From the sequence record OL615013: 64,000 nucleotides of DNA. One strand, 5' to 3'. The stretch is from Shigella phage ChubbyThor. The notes under the pieces were generated by a model. It saw only the letters and a list, made by a program, of their open reading frames with translations. It searched no databases and was not told where the DNA came from. This document shows, piece after piece, positions 54,137 to 64,000 of this stretch; the stretch's first letter is position 1, and the number at the start of each line of letters is the position of its first letter. The translations under genes and the position numbers were made by a program.

Positions 54137-56155
54137 TTAGAACACAACTTTCACAGTGCGGTTGAACGAGCCGCTCACCTTCACGAACACGTGGTTGCGT
54201 TGGGTGGTAGAGAAGCCCAGACCGGACAGCTGCTCAGTGCTTGGCTGTACTTTAATCTTACCACCTAACATTTCAAAAACCTTGCGGTGTTTATCAAGTT
54301 CCGGCTTCAGATATTCGTTGTAGAAGCCACGGGTGCCGACAGGGTTAGCACAACCTTCCAGGATGAAGAACACGTGCTTGTTGCCCGTCTGCTCGCCGTC
54401 CCAATGGTTTGGTGAGTTCAGAACCAGCTGTACCTTCTGGAAGACGGAGGTCTTGATGCCCCAGATTTCCTGAGAGCGAGCGTCGTCTTTCAGGGTAGAA
54501 CTGATGTCGACCACCTGACCAGCGCGTACCTGAACCACAACAGCCAACGTGCGGTCTTTGTTTCCCAGACCAGGATGCGAGAAGCGCTTGGTCTGGCCTT
54601 TGTATTCAACTTCGATTTCGAAGCCCACATCGCAGGTTTCGCGCTTGCTGTAGTTGGTGACATAGAACTCATAGTTCCCGTCACGCAGCTTGCATTCATC
54701 GCTGAAGAAGATGTTCTCCACCGGACGGCGGTTCGGGTCAATACCGTCCATACCGTTCATGTCGATGTCCAGGGTTGCACCAGTTGCCGAACGACGGTTG
54801 TTGAAATACACGTGGTTGTGAAGAGGATCGTTCAGGCTCAGATCCAGGTCGTCGTTGTTATGCCAAGCCAGCGACACACGGAGGAAGCTGTCGACGTTGC
54901 CGCCTGCGGTCTTCACGCGCTCTTTGATGGAGTCGGCCACTTCACCGTTGTATGACCAGCTGAAGCCGTTGTTCCACTTGAACAGGTTAGGAGCACCTGC
55001 CGTAGCCGGAGCGATCAGGGACATCAGGTTGCCAGTGTGAGAGTTTTCAACCAGCACTTCCAGGGAATGCGCCTTTGGCAACACGTTGGTCAGGAAGTCG
55101 TCGATGGTGATCTCTTCAACCTTGTCCAGGGACTTGGTCGGAGTCTTCACTTCAGACGCCAGCTGAGCAAACGGGTCCATCTTCTTCTGCGCTGCCAGGT
55201 CGGCGAACAGAACGTTGTTGATGGTCAGATCGTCATACACGGCATAACGGCGACCCAGTGAATCGGTCAGACCCAGCGCTTCGACTTCTTTCTGCGCGTT
55301 TTCAATCATGGACTTCGTGACCAGCGCGGTTGGGCGCTTGTAGTTCGTCGGAGCGACTTTGGCTTCAAAGGACTTCACGGCGGTTTCCAGATCCCGACCT
55401 TCATTGAGGTCTACCAACAGAGAGCCAATCACGGTATTGCGGATGCCGTGAGGGGTGTGTCCGTTTGCACGGTAGCCAGTACGCCAAGCCCACAGAGCGC
55501 GTTTCTCTTCTGCAGTTTGTTCGTACAGGGTCTTGCTCGTCACGAACGCCTGTACTGCTGCTTTGTGCTCTTCACCACGATACAGAGAATTCTGATCAAT
55601 CAGTTCCAGAACGATTTCGGCCGATTCCAGAGACAGTTCACGCAGGCCGCGCTCAAACACTTCAATCGCCTGGCGGATTTCACCCTTCTTAGAAGCGATG
55701 ACATCAGCCCGCAGAACATAGCTGGGCAGCAGGTCGGTGTGGAAGTGGTTGTAGGTGCGGACATTACCGTCTTTCATTTCGTGATTCGACTCAACACCGA
55801 CTTTCTTGGTATCGTTGAAGTACACGTCGACGATTGCGTGTTGCTTGACATACGCAGACAGCGCCGCGGCGACAACGTCGTATTCGTTACCCAGCTGAAT
55901 GTTATCCCAGATAGAGATCACGTTCAGGTCGGCGTCGATGGTCACCACACCGCCGATGTTACGGATGAATTGTTTACAGCAGGTGCAGTCGTGCTCGGTG
56001 CGCTCACGGTAGAGCGGGTTGGTGCCAGCAGGGAAAGAAGACAGATACAGATCCCACAGAGCATCTTTATCGATGTTGGTCATGAACAGACCAGTTGCTG
56101 ACATGGCCAGCACATTATTGTTTACAGCTACTGCGAAGGGCTTAAATTCTGACAT
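54137..56155 (-). CDS. large hypothetical protein (672 aa)
   Basis: ORF track; no motif recognised by eye. Confidence 0.55.
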   Translation of the reverse strand: MSEFKPFAVAVNNNVLAMSATGLFMTNIDKDALWDLYLSSFPAGTNPLYRERTEHDCTCCKQFIRNIGGVVTIDADLNVISIWDNIQLGNEYDVVAAALSAYVKQHAIVDVYFNDTKKVGVESNHEMKDGNVRTYNHFHTDLLPSYVLRADVIASKKGEIRQAIEVFERGLRELSLESAEIVLELIDQNSLYRGEEHKAAVQAFVTSKTLYEQTAEEKRALWAWRTGYRANGHTPHGIRNTVIGSLLVDLNEGRDLETAVKSFEAKVAPTNYKRPTALVTKSMIENAQKEVEALGLTDSLGRRYAVYDDLTINNVLFADLAAQKKMDPFAQLASEVKTPTKSLDKVEEITIDDFLTNVLPKAHSLEVLVENSHTGNLMSLIAPATAGAPNLFKWNNGFSWSYNGEVADSIKERVKTAGGNVDSFLRVSLAWHNNDDLDLSLNDPLHNHVYFNNRRSATGATLDIDMNGMDGIDPNRRPVENIFFSDECKLRDGNYEFYVTNYSKRETCDVGFEIEVEYKGQTKRFSHPGLGNKDRTLAVVVQVRAGQVVDISSTLKDDARSQEIWGIKTSVFQKVQLVLNSPNHWDGEQTGNKHVFFILEGCANPVGTRGFYNEYLKPELDKHRKVFEMLGGKIKVQPSTEQLSGLGFSTTQRNHVFVKVSGSFNRTVKVVF

Positions 56156-56270
56156 GATGTAGTCTTCCTGTTTCAGTTCAAATGTGCGCCCCGTTTGCCA
56201 GGGCGCTTCGTTTAAGTGAGGTCAATAATACGTTGAAAAAAGTTATTGAAGAATGAAGTAAAGGGAATCT

Positions 56271-57494
56271 TTATTCAGGTTTCTTCAAACGGTCCAGCAA
56301 ATTGACGGAACCACGTTTGAGCACGACTTCATCACAGCGCTTTTTGTATTCCCCACCGCCGTCATAGCTGACCTTGCCCCGAGGTTTTTCACCGCGCCCA
56401 ACCGCCTCAACACAGCGAGTGTACTTGCTCAGTTCACAGAACATGTTCTCCAGCTGCATGACGTTCATGCATTGGTCTACAGGCTCTTCGGCCGACCAGA
56501 ATTGCTCGCGAACATACCCATATTGGGAGTATACCGCGTCCTGATTATCCCGTAGCCAGAATATGCATTCTTCGTGAGTCATGCCGTCCTTGTTCAGGAA
56601 CAGCAGATCAATACCTGCGCGACAGCCCGGTCCGGCGATCGTGAAGTGATTCTCGCTGAACGGATAACCAGGCATGTACGTGAAATCAACCCAGATCTGA
56701 TAGGCCAGGAATGGACCAAGCCCTTCAATGTCGTCGTACATGCGCTGGTATACTTCCAGAGGAGTATCAAGACGCAGCAGGTCATGGAAGTAATTTGGGT
56801 GCTTGTTGACGAATGCCTTCAGGGAACGGATAACACGCATCGGCATGTATGGTTCCCATCCCTCGATGGTATATTCACCAGGATTCTCTTCGACCAGCTT
56901 CTTGGCGACCTTGTAGTCCATCTCGTCCACAATACCCTGGCCAACGCGATACACTTTCACCATCATCCCACCGAAGCGCTGCTCCTTGTGGTTGACAACC
57001 AGCTCAGGGAAAGCCAGGCATTGCTTCAGGCCGCCTGTGTTGAAGGCATTGGTGAACACCTTGCCGCCGTCGGCCTCGAACTTCTGAAGTCGTTCGCGGG
57101 TTGCGTCAAGGTTGATCTTGGCGAAGTCTTTGATCGTCATCGCGCCGCCGATAGCCTGGATCGGATCCCAGAGGTTGAACATGCGGAACAGAACGCAGTT
57201 GAACATCTTGTCTGCCATGCCCAGAGCATCGTTCTTGACGATGTTATTGATCAGGTTGAGAGACTGCCTGTCGTGCTCTCTCCGGACGTTACAGAACTTG
57301 ACCTGCCGTAGTATAGGATTATTGGTCCAAGGGGCAGGAAGACGCTGGACGTCCTTCTTGACGTGGATCTTATAGCGCTCGCTCATCCATTCGTAAGACA
57401 GGCGGGTATGGGTCGGACTGAGAACCGGTTTGGCCGACTTTATCTTTTCTTCACGGACACCGCAGTACGGGACGTCCAGGGCTTTATCTTTCAT
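56271..57494 (-). CDS. hypothetical protein (407 aa)
   Basis: ORF track; no motif recognised by eye. Confidence 0.55.
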   Translation of the reverse strand: MKDKALDVPYCGVREEKIKSAKPVLSPTHTRLSYEWMSERYKIHVKKDVQRLPAPWTNNPILRQVKFCNVRREHDRQSLNLINNIVKNDALGMADKMFNCVLFRMFNLWDPIQAIGGAMTIKDFAKINLDATRERLQKFEADGGKVFTNAFNTGGLKQCLAFPELVVNHKEQRFGGMMVKVYRVGQGIVDEMDYKVAKKLVEENPGEYTIEGWEPYMPMRVIRSLKAFVNKHPNYFHDLLRLDTPLEVYQRMYDDIEGLGPFLAYQIWVDFTYMPGYPFSENHFTIAGPGCRAGIDLLFLNKDGMTHEECIFWLRDNQDAVYSQYGYVREQFWSAEEPVDQCMNVMQLENMFCELSKYTRCVEAVGRGEKPRGKVSYDGGGEYKKRCDEVVLKRGSVNLLDRLKKPE

Positions 57495-57510
57495 GGTATC
57501 CTCTTAGAAT

Positions 57511-57540
57511 ACGAAAAACAGAGGCCATTATAGCCTCTGT
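57511..57540 (-). terminator. intrinsic terminator (ACAGAGGCuauaaugGCCUCUGU + UUUUU)
   Basis: Between stop at 57564 and start at 57494. Confidence 0.65.
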
Positions 57541-57563
57541 TGTTTAGTGAATAACTGTATATC

Positions 57564-58445
57564 TTAATCGATACGGGTCAGCTGGGTGATAGATGATTGC
57601 ACTGGGCTGGCCACATAGATACGGACGTTGGCTTTCCATTCACCCCAGATCAACGGCAGAGTTGGGAAGTTGTCTTCATTGAAAACAAACACGGGAATAT
57701 AACTCTCGACTGTTTCACCAGAGAACGCCTGGAAGCCCATCTTGGCGTACCCCATAATCTCGTCAACAAAGTCGAACGGAGCGAAGGCAACACCAGCGTG
57801 TTCGTTGCATCCGAGTCGACCTGGGGTAGCCGTGCCCGTCAGAATGATTTCGGTTATCTGGCGCTTAGGCTCGGTGGTCAACATATCAGAGAAGTCCGGC
57901 TCTTTGAATGCTGCCATGTTCTTCAGGAACTTGCCAGCCGGGTACTCTTTGCCGTCGACGGTGATGGTGTCTACCACTTTGATGCACGCCTGGGGGAATT
58001 CCCCTTCGATGCGTAGACTTTCGCGTGGGAAGCCTTTGTTGTAGTAGTAATCCAGTGCAGGCACAACTTCACCTTCATTACGAATGAACTTGCTCATGTT
58101 GGAAGCATAAACGCGCTGTAGGCACTCATCGCCGTCGAAACCAGCAATGTGAGCCACGCCGTCATTGACGGTGGTGATATCACCCTGGGCGTCCATGATC
58201 TTTTTCATGGCATTGATACGAGCTTCCGGATCAGCATAAACCGGGTTATCGCTCGGCTTGGGGGTGACAGACAGAGTCAATGCCACGTCATGGTCAAAGA
58301 ATGCCGCTTCCATCAGTTCGCGGGTTTCTTCCAGCACCAGTTTCGCCTGATTGCGGATCTTACCAAAGTCGGGCGATGTGACGTCGCCCTTTGCATTACC
58401 GAAAGCCAGATTCAGATTCACGTTCTTAGAAAATGTAGTTGTCAT
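57564..58445 (-). CDS. hypothetical protein (293 aa)
   Basis: ORF track. Confidence 0.5.
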   Translation of the reverse strand: MTTTFSKNVNLNLAFGNAKGDVTSPDFGKIRNQAKLVLEETRELMEAAFFDHDVALTLSVTPKPSDNPVYADPEARINAMKKIMDAQGDITTVNDGVAHIAGFDGDECLQRVYASNMSKFIRNEGEVVPALDYYYNKGFPRESLRIEGEFPQACIKVVDTITVDGKEYPAGKFLKNMAAFKEPDFSDMLTTEPKRQITEIILTGTATPGRLGCNEHAGVAFAPFDFVDEIMGYAKMGFQAFSGETVESYIPVFVFNEDNFPTLPLIWGEWKANVRIYVASPVQSSITQLTRID

Positions 58446-58461
58446 GATTTAGCGACTCCAG

Positions 58462-58857
58462 TTATTCGCTTTTGGCCTTTGTAGGCCGGATAATGTATTT
58501 TGGAACCAGCTTCCATTCAGGAACCTGATCGTGTTTAACCACTTTAATGCGTGACATATCGGCGGCTTCGGTGACCTGCTCGGGATGAATGACCTTCACC
58601 ATGTTCCACTGCTCAAGCAGCTTGATGATGCGGTTCATCCTCAGGACATCTTCGCGGTTAAACCCGTTGTAATGCCCGTCCAGCATAAACAGATGCTTGA
58701 AGTGGACGATATAATACTTGCCATACTTATGAAGAATATGACAAGTCTGATACAGAGTATTCGGCTCTTGGCGCGTGTTTACCCCAATTCGGCTCAGTGT
58801 TTCCTTGATCCCCAGGAATATTCCTGGCCGATCTTGGTTCAATTGAACTTCAACCAT
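58462..58857 (-). CDS. regA: RegA translational repressor
   Basis: LYQTCHILHKYGKYYIVHFKHLFMLDG and PEWKLVPKYIIRP match T4 RegA (LYQSCHILQKKGLYYIVHFKEMLRMDG, HEWKLVPKYTIG); start at internal Met (track 58462..58926). Confidence 0.8.
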   Translation of the reverse strand: MVEVQLNQDRPGIFLGIKETLSRIGVNTRQEPNTLYQTCHILHKYGKYYIVHFKHLFMLDGHYNGFNREDVLRMNRIIKLLEQWNMVKVIHPEQVTEAADMSRIKVVKHDQVPEWKLVPKYIIRPTKAKSE

Positions 58858-58955
58858 ACAATCAACGATGCTGGCCTCATCGTTGACGGCTGAAATGTTC
58901 AATATGTCTAGCGTATTGCGCGCCATGACTCATTCCCCTTTTACAATAGTTTGAA

Positions 58956-59378
58956 CTACTTAGCCTTGCGCGGTTTCGCTTTGGCGTTCAGCTCAGTACG
59001 TCCCATCTTCTCGCGTATCTCGGCCAGGACTTCCTTCGGCAAGAAACGGACGTACTCGGATGCCTTCTCCATGCTGATGTAGAAGTACTCGGAGAGTAAC
59101 TTCACGTCAGGATCAATCGGACCTTTCTTAGACCATTTGTCGTAGCGTTTCCGCGCCGGAATGGTGTGAAAGGCATATGACCATTGCATCCATGGAGTGA
59201 CAGCATGCAGCTTGTTCATCTGCTGTGCAGTCACCAGAGTGTCTTTGCTCTGAGCTAAACCACGCCGCGTCATAAACGGGTCGAATCCTTTCAACACTTC
59301 TGGGTCATCAGACTGCAGAAGGTTTTCTTTGCTGCTGTTCAGAGCAGCCAGGTAATCGAACAATCCAGGGGCGGCCAT
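58956..59378 (-). CDS. 62: clamp-loader small subunit gp62-like
   Basis: 140 aa; RKRYDKWSKKG (cf. T4 RGKRYGKWAKL); position between gp44 and regA as in T4. Confidence 0.5.
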   Translation of the reverse strand: MAAPGLFDYLAALNSSKENLLQSDDPEVLKGFDPFMTRRGLAQSKDTLVTAQQMNKLHAVTPWMQWSYAFHTIPARKRYDKWSKKGPIDPDVKLLSEYFYISMEKASEYVRFLPKEVLAEIREKMGRTELNAKAKPRKAK

Positions 59379-59382
59379 AGTA

Positions 59383-60372
59383 TCACTTCCACTTGATGTT
59401 GAGCATGACGTTTGTCAGGAAAAACACAGCATGCAGCCAGACATCGCCGACCTGACGGTGTTCAATCTGAGACTGACCACATACGCATACCAGATCAGGG
59501 ATAGACTCATTCTGAACCAGCATCGGCTTCTCTTTATCCTGTGGTACACAGAACTGGAAGAAGCGGGAATAGAAGTCTTCGGTGATGTAGTTCTGGTTGT
59601 CAGTCACCCACTGCTTCATGCCAGCCCAGTCATTGGCTTTCAACATAGCAACCAGCGTACCGAGGTCAGCCGCTTTCAATACAGCCAGAGCGCGTTCGTC
59701 GATCTTGCCATAGGTGGTGACGTTGTCCTGTAGGGCACCCATGATGCGGCGGTTGTCAGGGAAGTTGCGCTTGACGATGGCGGCCAACACCTGAGGAACG
59801 AACTCAACACCTTCGGCGCGAAGGATTTCAACGCAACGGAGGCAGAACTTGTTCTGAACTTCCAGTGCTTCCTGCTCGTTCCAGATAAAGTCGATCTCAC
59901 GGCAACGGGAGCGCAGAGGTTCGTTGACACGCTGCTTGGCGTTGGTGGTCAGAATGAACGAGCAGTTCTTGGAGACCTTCTCTACGATACCCTTCAGAGA
60001 CTCCTGCGCCGCCATAGACAGGCGCTCCACTTCGTCGAGGATAACGACTTTGCGACCACCGAAGACACTCACGCCAGTAGAGTACTGAATCACGCGATCA
60101 CGGATAACATCAATGCTGTTGTCCAGGGATGCGTTGATCAACAGAGGTTGCTTACAGCCGATTTCGTTACACACGGCCAGAGCAGAGGTGGTCTTGCCAG
60201 TACCAGGTCCAGGGGAGTAGAACAGCATCGAAGGGATGTTGCCGTTGCCACTTGTGATATAACCGTGGATTTTAGCGCGGACGTCCTGGGGGATGATGAT
60301 CTCATCCAGGTTGTCTGGACGATATTTGTTTTCCCATGCGTACTGGTCGGAAACGATAGTGATATTAGACAT
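59383..60372 (-). CDS. 44: clamp-loader ATPase gp44 (AAA+)
   Basis: Walker A SPGPGTGKTT, DEVERL Walker B, SRC motif (LRSRCREI); start MSNITIV (track 59383..60426). Confidence 0.85.
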   Translation of the reverse strand: MSNITIVSDQYAWENKYRPDNLDEIIIPQDVRAKIHGYITSGNGNIPSMLFYSPGPGTGKTTSALAVCNEIGCKQPLLINASLDNSIDVIRDRVIQYSTGVSVFGGRKVVILDEVERLSMAAQESLKGIVEKVSKNCSFILTTNAKQRVNEPLRSRCREIDFIWNEQEALEVQNKFCLRCVEILRAEGVEFVPQVLAAIVKRNFPDNRRIMGALQDNVTTYGKIDERALAVLKAADLGTLVAMLKANDWAGMKQWVTDNQNYITEDFYSRFFQFCVPQDKEKPMLVQNESIPDLVCVCGQSQIEHRQVGDVWLHAVFFLTNVMLNIKWK

Positions 60373-60451
60373 TTCAGCCTCTTGTAGAAGAATCATTTCA
60401 AACGGGCGGGAAAGCCCCGCCCACACATTATAGCATCAGGCTGGAGATTGA

Positions 60452-61120
60452 TTACTCAATCTGTGCGCCGACGAAGTAATTGATCGTCGCATCGGAGGAC
60501 TGGAAGTTCACCATCTGCAGTTCGGCACAGGCGCGCAGAGTGTAGTTGCCTTCGATCATCTTCAGGTTGGCAACGTCCAGCGGCATTACGAAGTCCGGCA
60601 ACGCGGTTTCACCCAGCTCAACAGTGTAGTTGTTGGAGTTATCCAGGGTAGTGGTGGTCGCAACCAGACGAGTTTTGCCGCCCTGAGCAACCAGACGCAC
60701 TGTCTTGTGACCGAGGGTAGAACAGGCGCGGGTCAGTTCTTTCATCTTCTCTGGAGTGATGATCGCTTCAAAGTCGACAGACGGCAGTTCAATGGTGTCA
60801 GCCGGAACGACAGTGAGTTCTTTAGCAGAACGCCAGAATTGCAGCTGAGAGCTTTCGCCTTTCAACAGGATGTAGTCCTGATGGAATTCGGCTTTACCGC
60901 CTTTGAAGGAAGGCAGGCGCTGGATGGCCAGAAGTTTGGTCAGGTCCAGGATAGGGAACTCAAACGGGAAGTCTTCTTCGATCTGTGCCACGGCGATAAC
61001 AGTAGACGAATCGTTGATGCTGCGCAGCATCTTACCCGGTGTCAGAACGATAGATGGGTTGATGGTCTCAAAGTTGGCCAGCAACTGGAGTGTACGTTCG
61101 GAGAGAGTGATCTCTTGCAT
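60452..61120 (-). CDS. 45: sliding clamp gp45
   Basis: 222 aa; N-terminus TLQLLANFETINPSIVL (cf. T4 TALLKNFATINSGIML); upstream of gp44 as in T4. Confidence 0.7.
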   Translation of the reverse strand: MQEITLSERTLQLLANFETINPSIVLTPGKMLRSINDSSTVIAVAQIEEDFPFEFPILDLTKLLAIQRLPSFKGGKAEFHQDYILLKGESSQLQFWRSAKELTVVPADTIELPSVDFEAIITPEKMKELTRACSTLGHKTVRLVAQGGKTRLVATTTTLDNSNNYTVELGETALPDFVMPLDVANLKMIEGNYTLRACAELQMVNFQSSDATINYFVGAQIE

Positions 61121-61226
61121 TTATGTATCCTCAAAATATAGTGGGGTTCAAGTCATGTTTGACGCAATCTAGTATCGCTGTGTTGTGCTTATAGAACAAG
61201 TGGCAAATTGCGCTACGCGTTATTAA

Positions 61227-61246
61227 TAAATGCCTTCGGCATTTAT
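61227..61246. repeat. UUCG-tetraloop hairpin (TAAATGCCttcgGGCATTTA) within AT-rich control region
   Basis: 8-bp stem in the 320-bp noncoding gap between gp45 and the 61461 gene. Confidence 0.45.
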
Positions 61247-61310
61247 GGACTTTATTAAAGATAATAACCTTTATTAATCCTATTCGCTTCGCTCATAAAA
61301 CAAATACTCG

Positions 61311-61426
61311 TTGTTCGTTAACACTCACAACTCGTATAATACCACGCCATTTGTTCAACAGGAAAGCAATTTTTATTCAACAGCAAAATTAATTTATTTG
61401 GTCTAAACATGCACGCGAAATAATAT
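61311..61426 (+). promoter_or_regulatory. two tandem sigma70-like promoters (TTGTTC-18-TATAAT; TTGGTC-17-TAATAT)
   Basis: Read directly; upstream of the plus-strand gene starting at 61461. Confidence 0.45.
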
Positions 61427-61460
61427 GTATGTCATGTTAACCAACACACGAGAGTAATAT

Positions 61461-61838
61461 ATGAAACAGTTCGTAGGATTATATGCGGTCGGATGCAGTA
61501 AGCCAGACGCCATCCTCACCGCAGGGCAATTTGTCACAGGCACCCCAGTTTATCTGGCGCAGCTGGCGTCAGACAAGAACTTACCATCGGAGCCGCGATT
61601 TGTCCCTCTGGGTTTGATGACAGGCCTGAAAGTTGGTCTGTATGTCGGTGTGGTGACGTTTGAAAACGGCGTCGAAGCGAAAGTTCTGCCATTCAAATTG
61701 GGCAGCGAACAAATGCTGAAGGATACGATCAGTGAACACCTGAACACACAATGTCTGGCTTCTCTGGACAAATTGTTCGGCGCAGTATCTGATGAAGGCG
61801 AGGCCACCCCCGCCTATGTGAATCAAGATCAGTCGTGA
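61461..61838 (+). CDS. hypothetical protein
   Basis: ORF track 125 aa; RBS gagag upstream. Confidence 0.5.
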   Translation: MKQFVGLYAVGCSKPDAILTAGQFVTGTPVYLAQLASDKNLPSEPRFVPLGLMTGLKVGLYVGVVTFENGVEAKVLPFKLGSEQMLKDTISEHLNTQCLASLDKLFGAVSDEGEATPAYVNQDQS

Positions 61839-63334
61839 TTACCCAGCGCCACCTTCATGAACTCCACAGGGTGGCGCTCTGTCAGGTAGAACTTGTAACG
61901 CTCATGAGAGTGCCTGATAGCGTGGTTCGTGCTGGCGTTGTACGACACATCATCCACTAAGTCCCATATCCACGCGACGTCCTTGGAGGAGTGCTGACGC
62001 ATCAGACGACCCAATGTCTGTATGACGCGGATATATGACTTGCTCGGGTGCGCCAGTACAAGGTGGTGTAGCTTCTTGATTGACACACCCTGTTGCATTG
62101 TCCCGTATGAAGCCAACAACGTGATATCCTCTCCATCCTCCATCGCTTTCTGTATGCGGCGGCGGTCTTCGATCTTCACTTCCCCGTTGATGACAAACAC
62201 GTTGGGCTTGACTGCGCTCAGCATATCGTACACAACCATCATGTGGGCGTCAATACGCTCGAACATGATGGCCACGTTCCCTTTCAGATTCAGTGCCATC
62301 TTGGCGATCAGTTCGTTGCGGGACTGGTGTGTAATAAGGTATTCTATTTCCTTGGTATAATCCCCGTCCAGACCAACAGCATCCGCCGGAGTGTGCTTCA
62401 ACTGAATCATCTTCACTTTGATGTCAGTGGCGTACCCGAGATTGATAAGGTCGCGAGCCGTGATGATCTTATGGTACGCCCCGAAGTGAGCCACCACCTG
62501 AAGCCCGGCAACTTTGGTGTTCGACAGCGTACCTGTAACCCCCAGGCGCTGGTCGGCGTAGATGCAGTTGTTGAGGATGTAGGACAGTTTCTCAGACTTG
62601 GAGGTATGCACTTCATCCACCACGATGTCGCCGAACTGGTGGAACCATTCTTTCGGCTGGTCTTGAATGCCCTGCCATGTACTGATGACGATTGGTTTGC
62701 TGATTTCCTTTGTCGCGCCCTCAAAGATCAACTGAGTGTTGGCAACGGGCTTCCAATCGCTGCCGTGTGCGTACTCTTCAAAGTTGTCGTACAGCTGAGT
62801 GACCAGGTGAATCGACGGCACCACGATAAGCGTCTTCAGAGGACTTTCGAGAGCTTCTCTGCGCTGCCTGTAGTACCGCGCCATGACATACAGAATAAAG
62901 GACTTACCAGCACTCGTAGCCAGTTCACAGACGCATCTGGTTTGACGCATAGCCTTGGCGATGGTGTCGTACTGATAGTCGCGGGTCTCAGCATCGATGT
63001 ATTCGTGATTTTCGGTGCGGATCTTTGGATGGAGACTGTCGATGAAGTCATGGATTTCTTGATCTGGGATGTCCTGAATGTACTTCAGAGCCGGATCCAG
63101 TTCAATGGTGTATTTGTTGTTCTTGCAGAACTTGAACACCTCAAACAGTAGGCCGATATCAATCAGACCGGATGACTTGGTGAACAAGCGAACAACCCCG
63201 TCCCATTTAGAGAAGGGGTTGGGAACGAAGTTCGGGTCTTCGAATTTGAAGTAGTCATTCAGCTCTTCCCTGATAGAAAGATCTGCGATGCAACGCATGC
63301 GGACTTCGTTAACCTTAACAATCTGAATGTCTGC
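61829..63334 (-). CDS. uvsW: UvsW-like SF2 DNA helicase
   Basis: Walker A ELATSAGKS, DEVH box, C-terminal helicase motifs (QTLGRLMR); start MADIQIV (track 61829..63430). Confidence 0.75.
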   Translation of the reverse strand, partial: ADIQIVKVNEVRMRCIADLSIREELNDYFKFEDPNFVPNPFSKWDGVVRLFTKSSGLIDIGLLFEVFKFCKNNKYTIELDPALKYIQDIPDQEIHDFIDSLHPKIRTENHEYIDAETRDYQYDTIAKAMRQTRCVCELATSAGKSFILYVMARYYRQRREALESPLKTLIVVPSIHLVTQLYDNFEEYAHGSDWKPVANTQLIFEGATKEISKPIVISTWQGIQDQPKEWFHQFGDIVVDEVHTSKSEKLSYILNNCIYADQRLGVTGTLSNTKVAGLQVVAHFGAYHKIITARDLINLGYATDIKVKMIQLKHTPADAVGLDGDYTKEIEYLITHQSRNELIAKMALNLKGNVAIMFERIDAHMMVVYDMLSAVKPNVFVINGEVKIEDRRRIQKAMEDGEDITLLASYGTMQQGVSIKKLHHLVLAHPSKSYIRVIQTLGRLMRQHSSKDVAWIWDLVDDVSYNASTNHAIRHSHERYKFYLTERHPVEFMKVALGNHD

Positions 63335-63365
63335 CATACAAAATCTCCCAAGGAATATGGGGTAT

Positions 63366-63989
63366 TTAGCGATCCGGCCAGACTCCGTTCTGTTCTTTAT
63401 CCATGCGATGGTACAGACGAACACGCTCAAACATCTTTGTCAGGATGTCATCGCGGTTGAACTCTATGATGGTTGGCGTCAACGATGACTCGTTGGCAAT
63501 CACATTGATGAGGCGGGTGATCTTGACACCGAACATCTGCTGGAACATAACAGAGTACAAGCACAGCTGGATACTGTAGTCCTCGATCATTCCCCGCGTC
63601 TTCATGGTGTTCGATGTCTTGAAGTCGATGATAGCAGGCTTACCCTCATAAACCCCGATAAGGTCCACTCGACCTGCGAGACCAAGCACCTCGCTATATA
63701 ACGGGATCTCCTGAGCATAGATCTTTGTCATCTTGTTCAGATAGGGGAACAGCTGCTTGAACATGAACATGTATTCGCCAGCCGCTTCCAACACTTCTTT
63801 CATTGGGCGGTTCTTCAAATACAGTTCACATGCAAGGTGCAGCTTCTCCCCTCGGTCAGCGCAACGCATGGTCTCAAGGTCGGCGGCCTCTGCACCCAGC
63901 TTCTCCCTCCAAGCCTCAAGCCATTCATGATCACCAGTACGCCCCAGCATCGTCGTGACAGACGTCAGCTTGACACCAGTTGGTGACAC
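63366..63989 (-). CDS. putative PD-(D/E)xK nuclease (RecB/Cas4-like exonuclease fold); may extend beyond window end
   Basis: 207 aa; GRVDLIGVYEGKPAIIDFKTS (D...D/E-x-K); ORF start within 11 nt of window end. Confidence 0.35.
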   Translation of the reverse strand: MSPTGVKLTSVTTMLGRTGDHEWLEAWREKLGAEAADLETMRCADRGEKLHLACELYLKNRPMKEVLEAAGEYMFMFKQLFPYLNKMTKIYAQEIPLYSEVLGLAGRVDLIGVYEGKPAIIDFKTSNTMKTRGMIEDYSIQLCLYSVMFQQMFGVKITRLINVIANESSLTPTIIEFNRDDILTKMFERVRLYHRMDKEQNGVWPDR

Positions 63990-64000
63990 ATAATGACGAC

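Noticed and set aside
1-64000. CRISPR array, rRNA, integrase or transposase
   Set aside because: No direct-repeat/spacer periodicity, no rRNA-like conserved stretches and no recombinase motifs were seen; the repeats found are short palindromic hairpins, not arrays.

Overview
This 64-kb window is a gene-dense segment of a large virulent myovirus genome that carries the T4-type replication, recombination and late-transcription core but in a non-T4 gene order. Recognised core genes: gp41 helicase (truncated at the window start), UvsX, gp32, gp61 primase, gp46/gp47, gp55 late sigma factor, RNase H, gp44/gp62/gp45, RegA, UvsW, NrdA/NrdB/NrdH, PhoH, and a gp5-gp25 baseplate pair. Extra content includes HU, a DinG-like Fe-S helicase and a RuvC-like resolvase. 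Roughly 85 protein genes are present, almost all on the minus strand, with a few plus-strand islands, three of them behind TATAAATA-type late promoters. The most interesting accessory content is: (1) a tight operon of a gp56-like dNTP pyrophosphatase, dNMP kinase, a thymidylate-synthase-family enzyme and a PNK-like P-loop kinase, which suggests DNA base (hyper)modification; (2) an overlapping Prs-like/Nampt-like gene pair, consistent with a phage NAD+ reconstitution (NARP1-like) or salvage module; (3) an acyl-carrier-protein homolog with Glu in place of the phosphopantetheinylated Ser, beside a large vWA protein; (4) a candidate mono-ADP-ribosyltransferase; (5) two free-standing HNH homing endonucleases; (6) recurrent intercistronic cassettes of a GC-rich hairpin plus a conserved translation-initiation leader. 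No rRNA, tRNA or CRISPR array was recognised. All calls rest on reading the translated ORFs and DNA motifs by eye; no database search was run, and coordinates of small motifs are approximate (about +/-3 nt).
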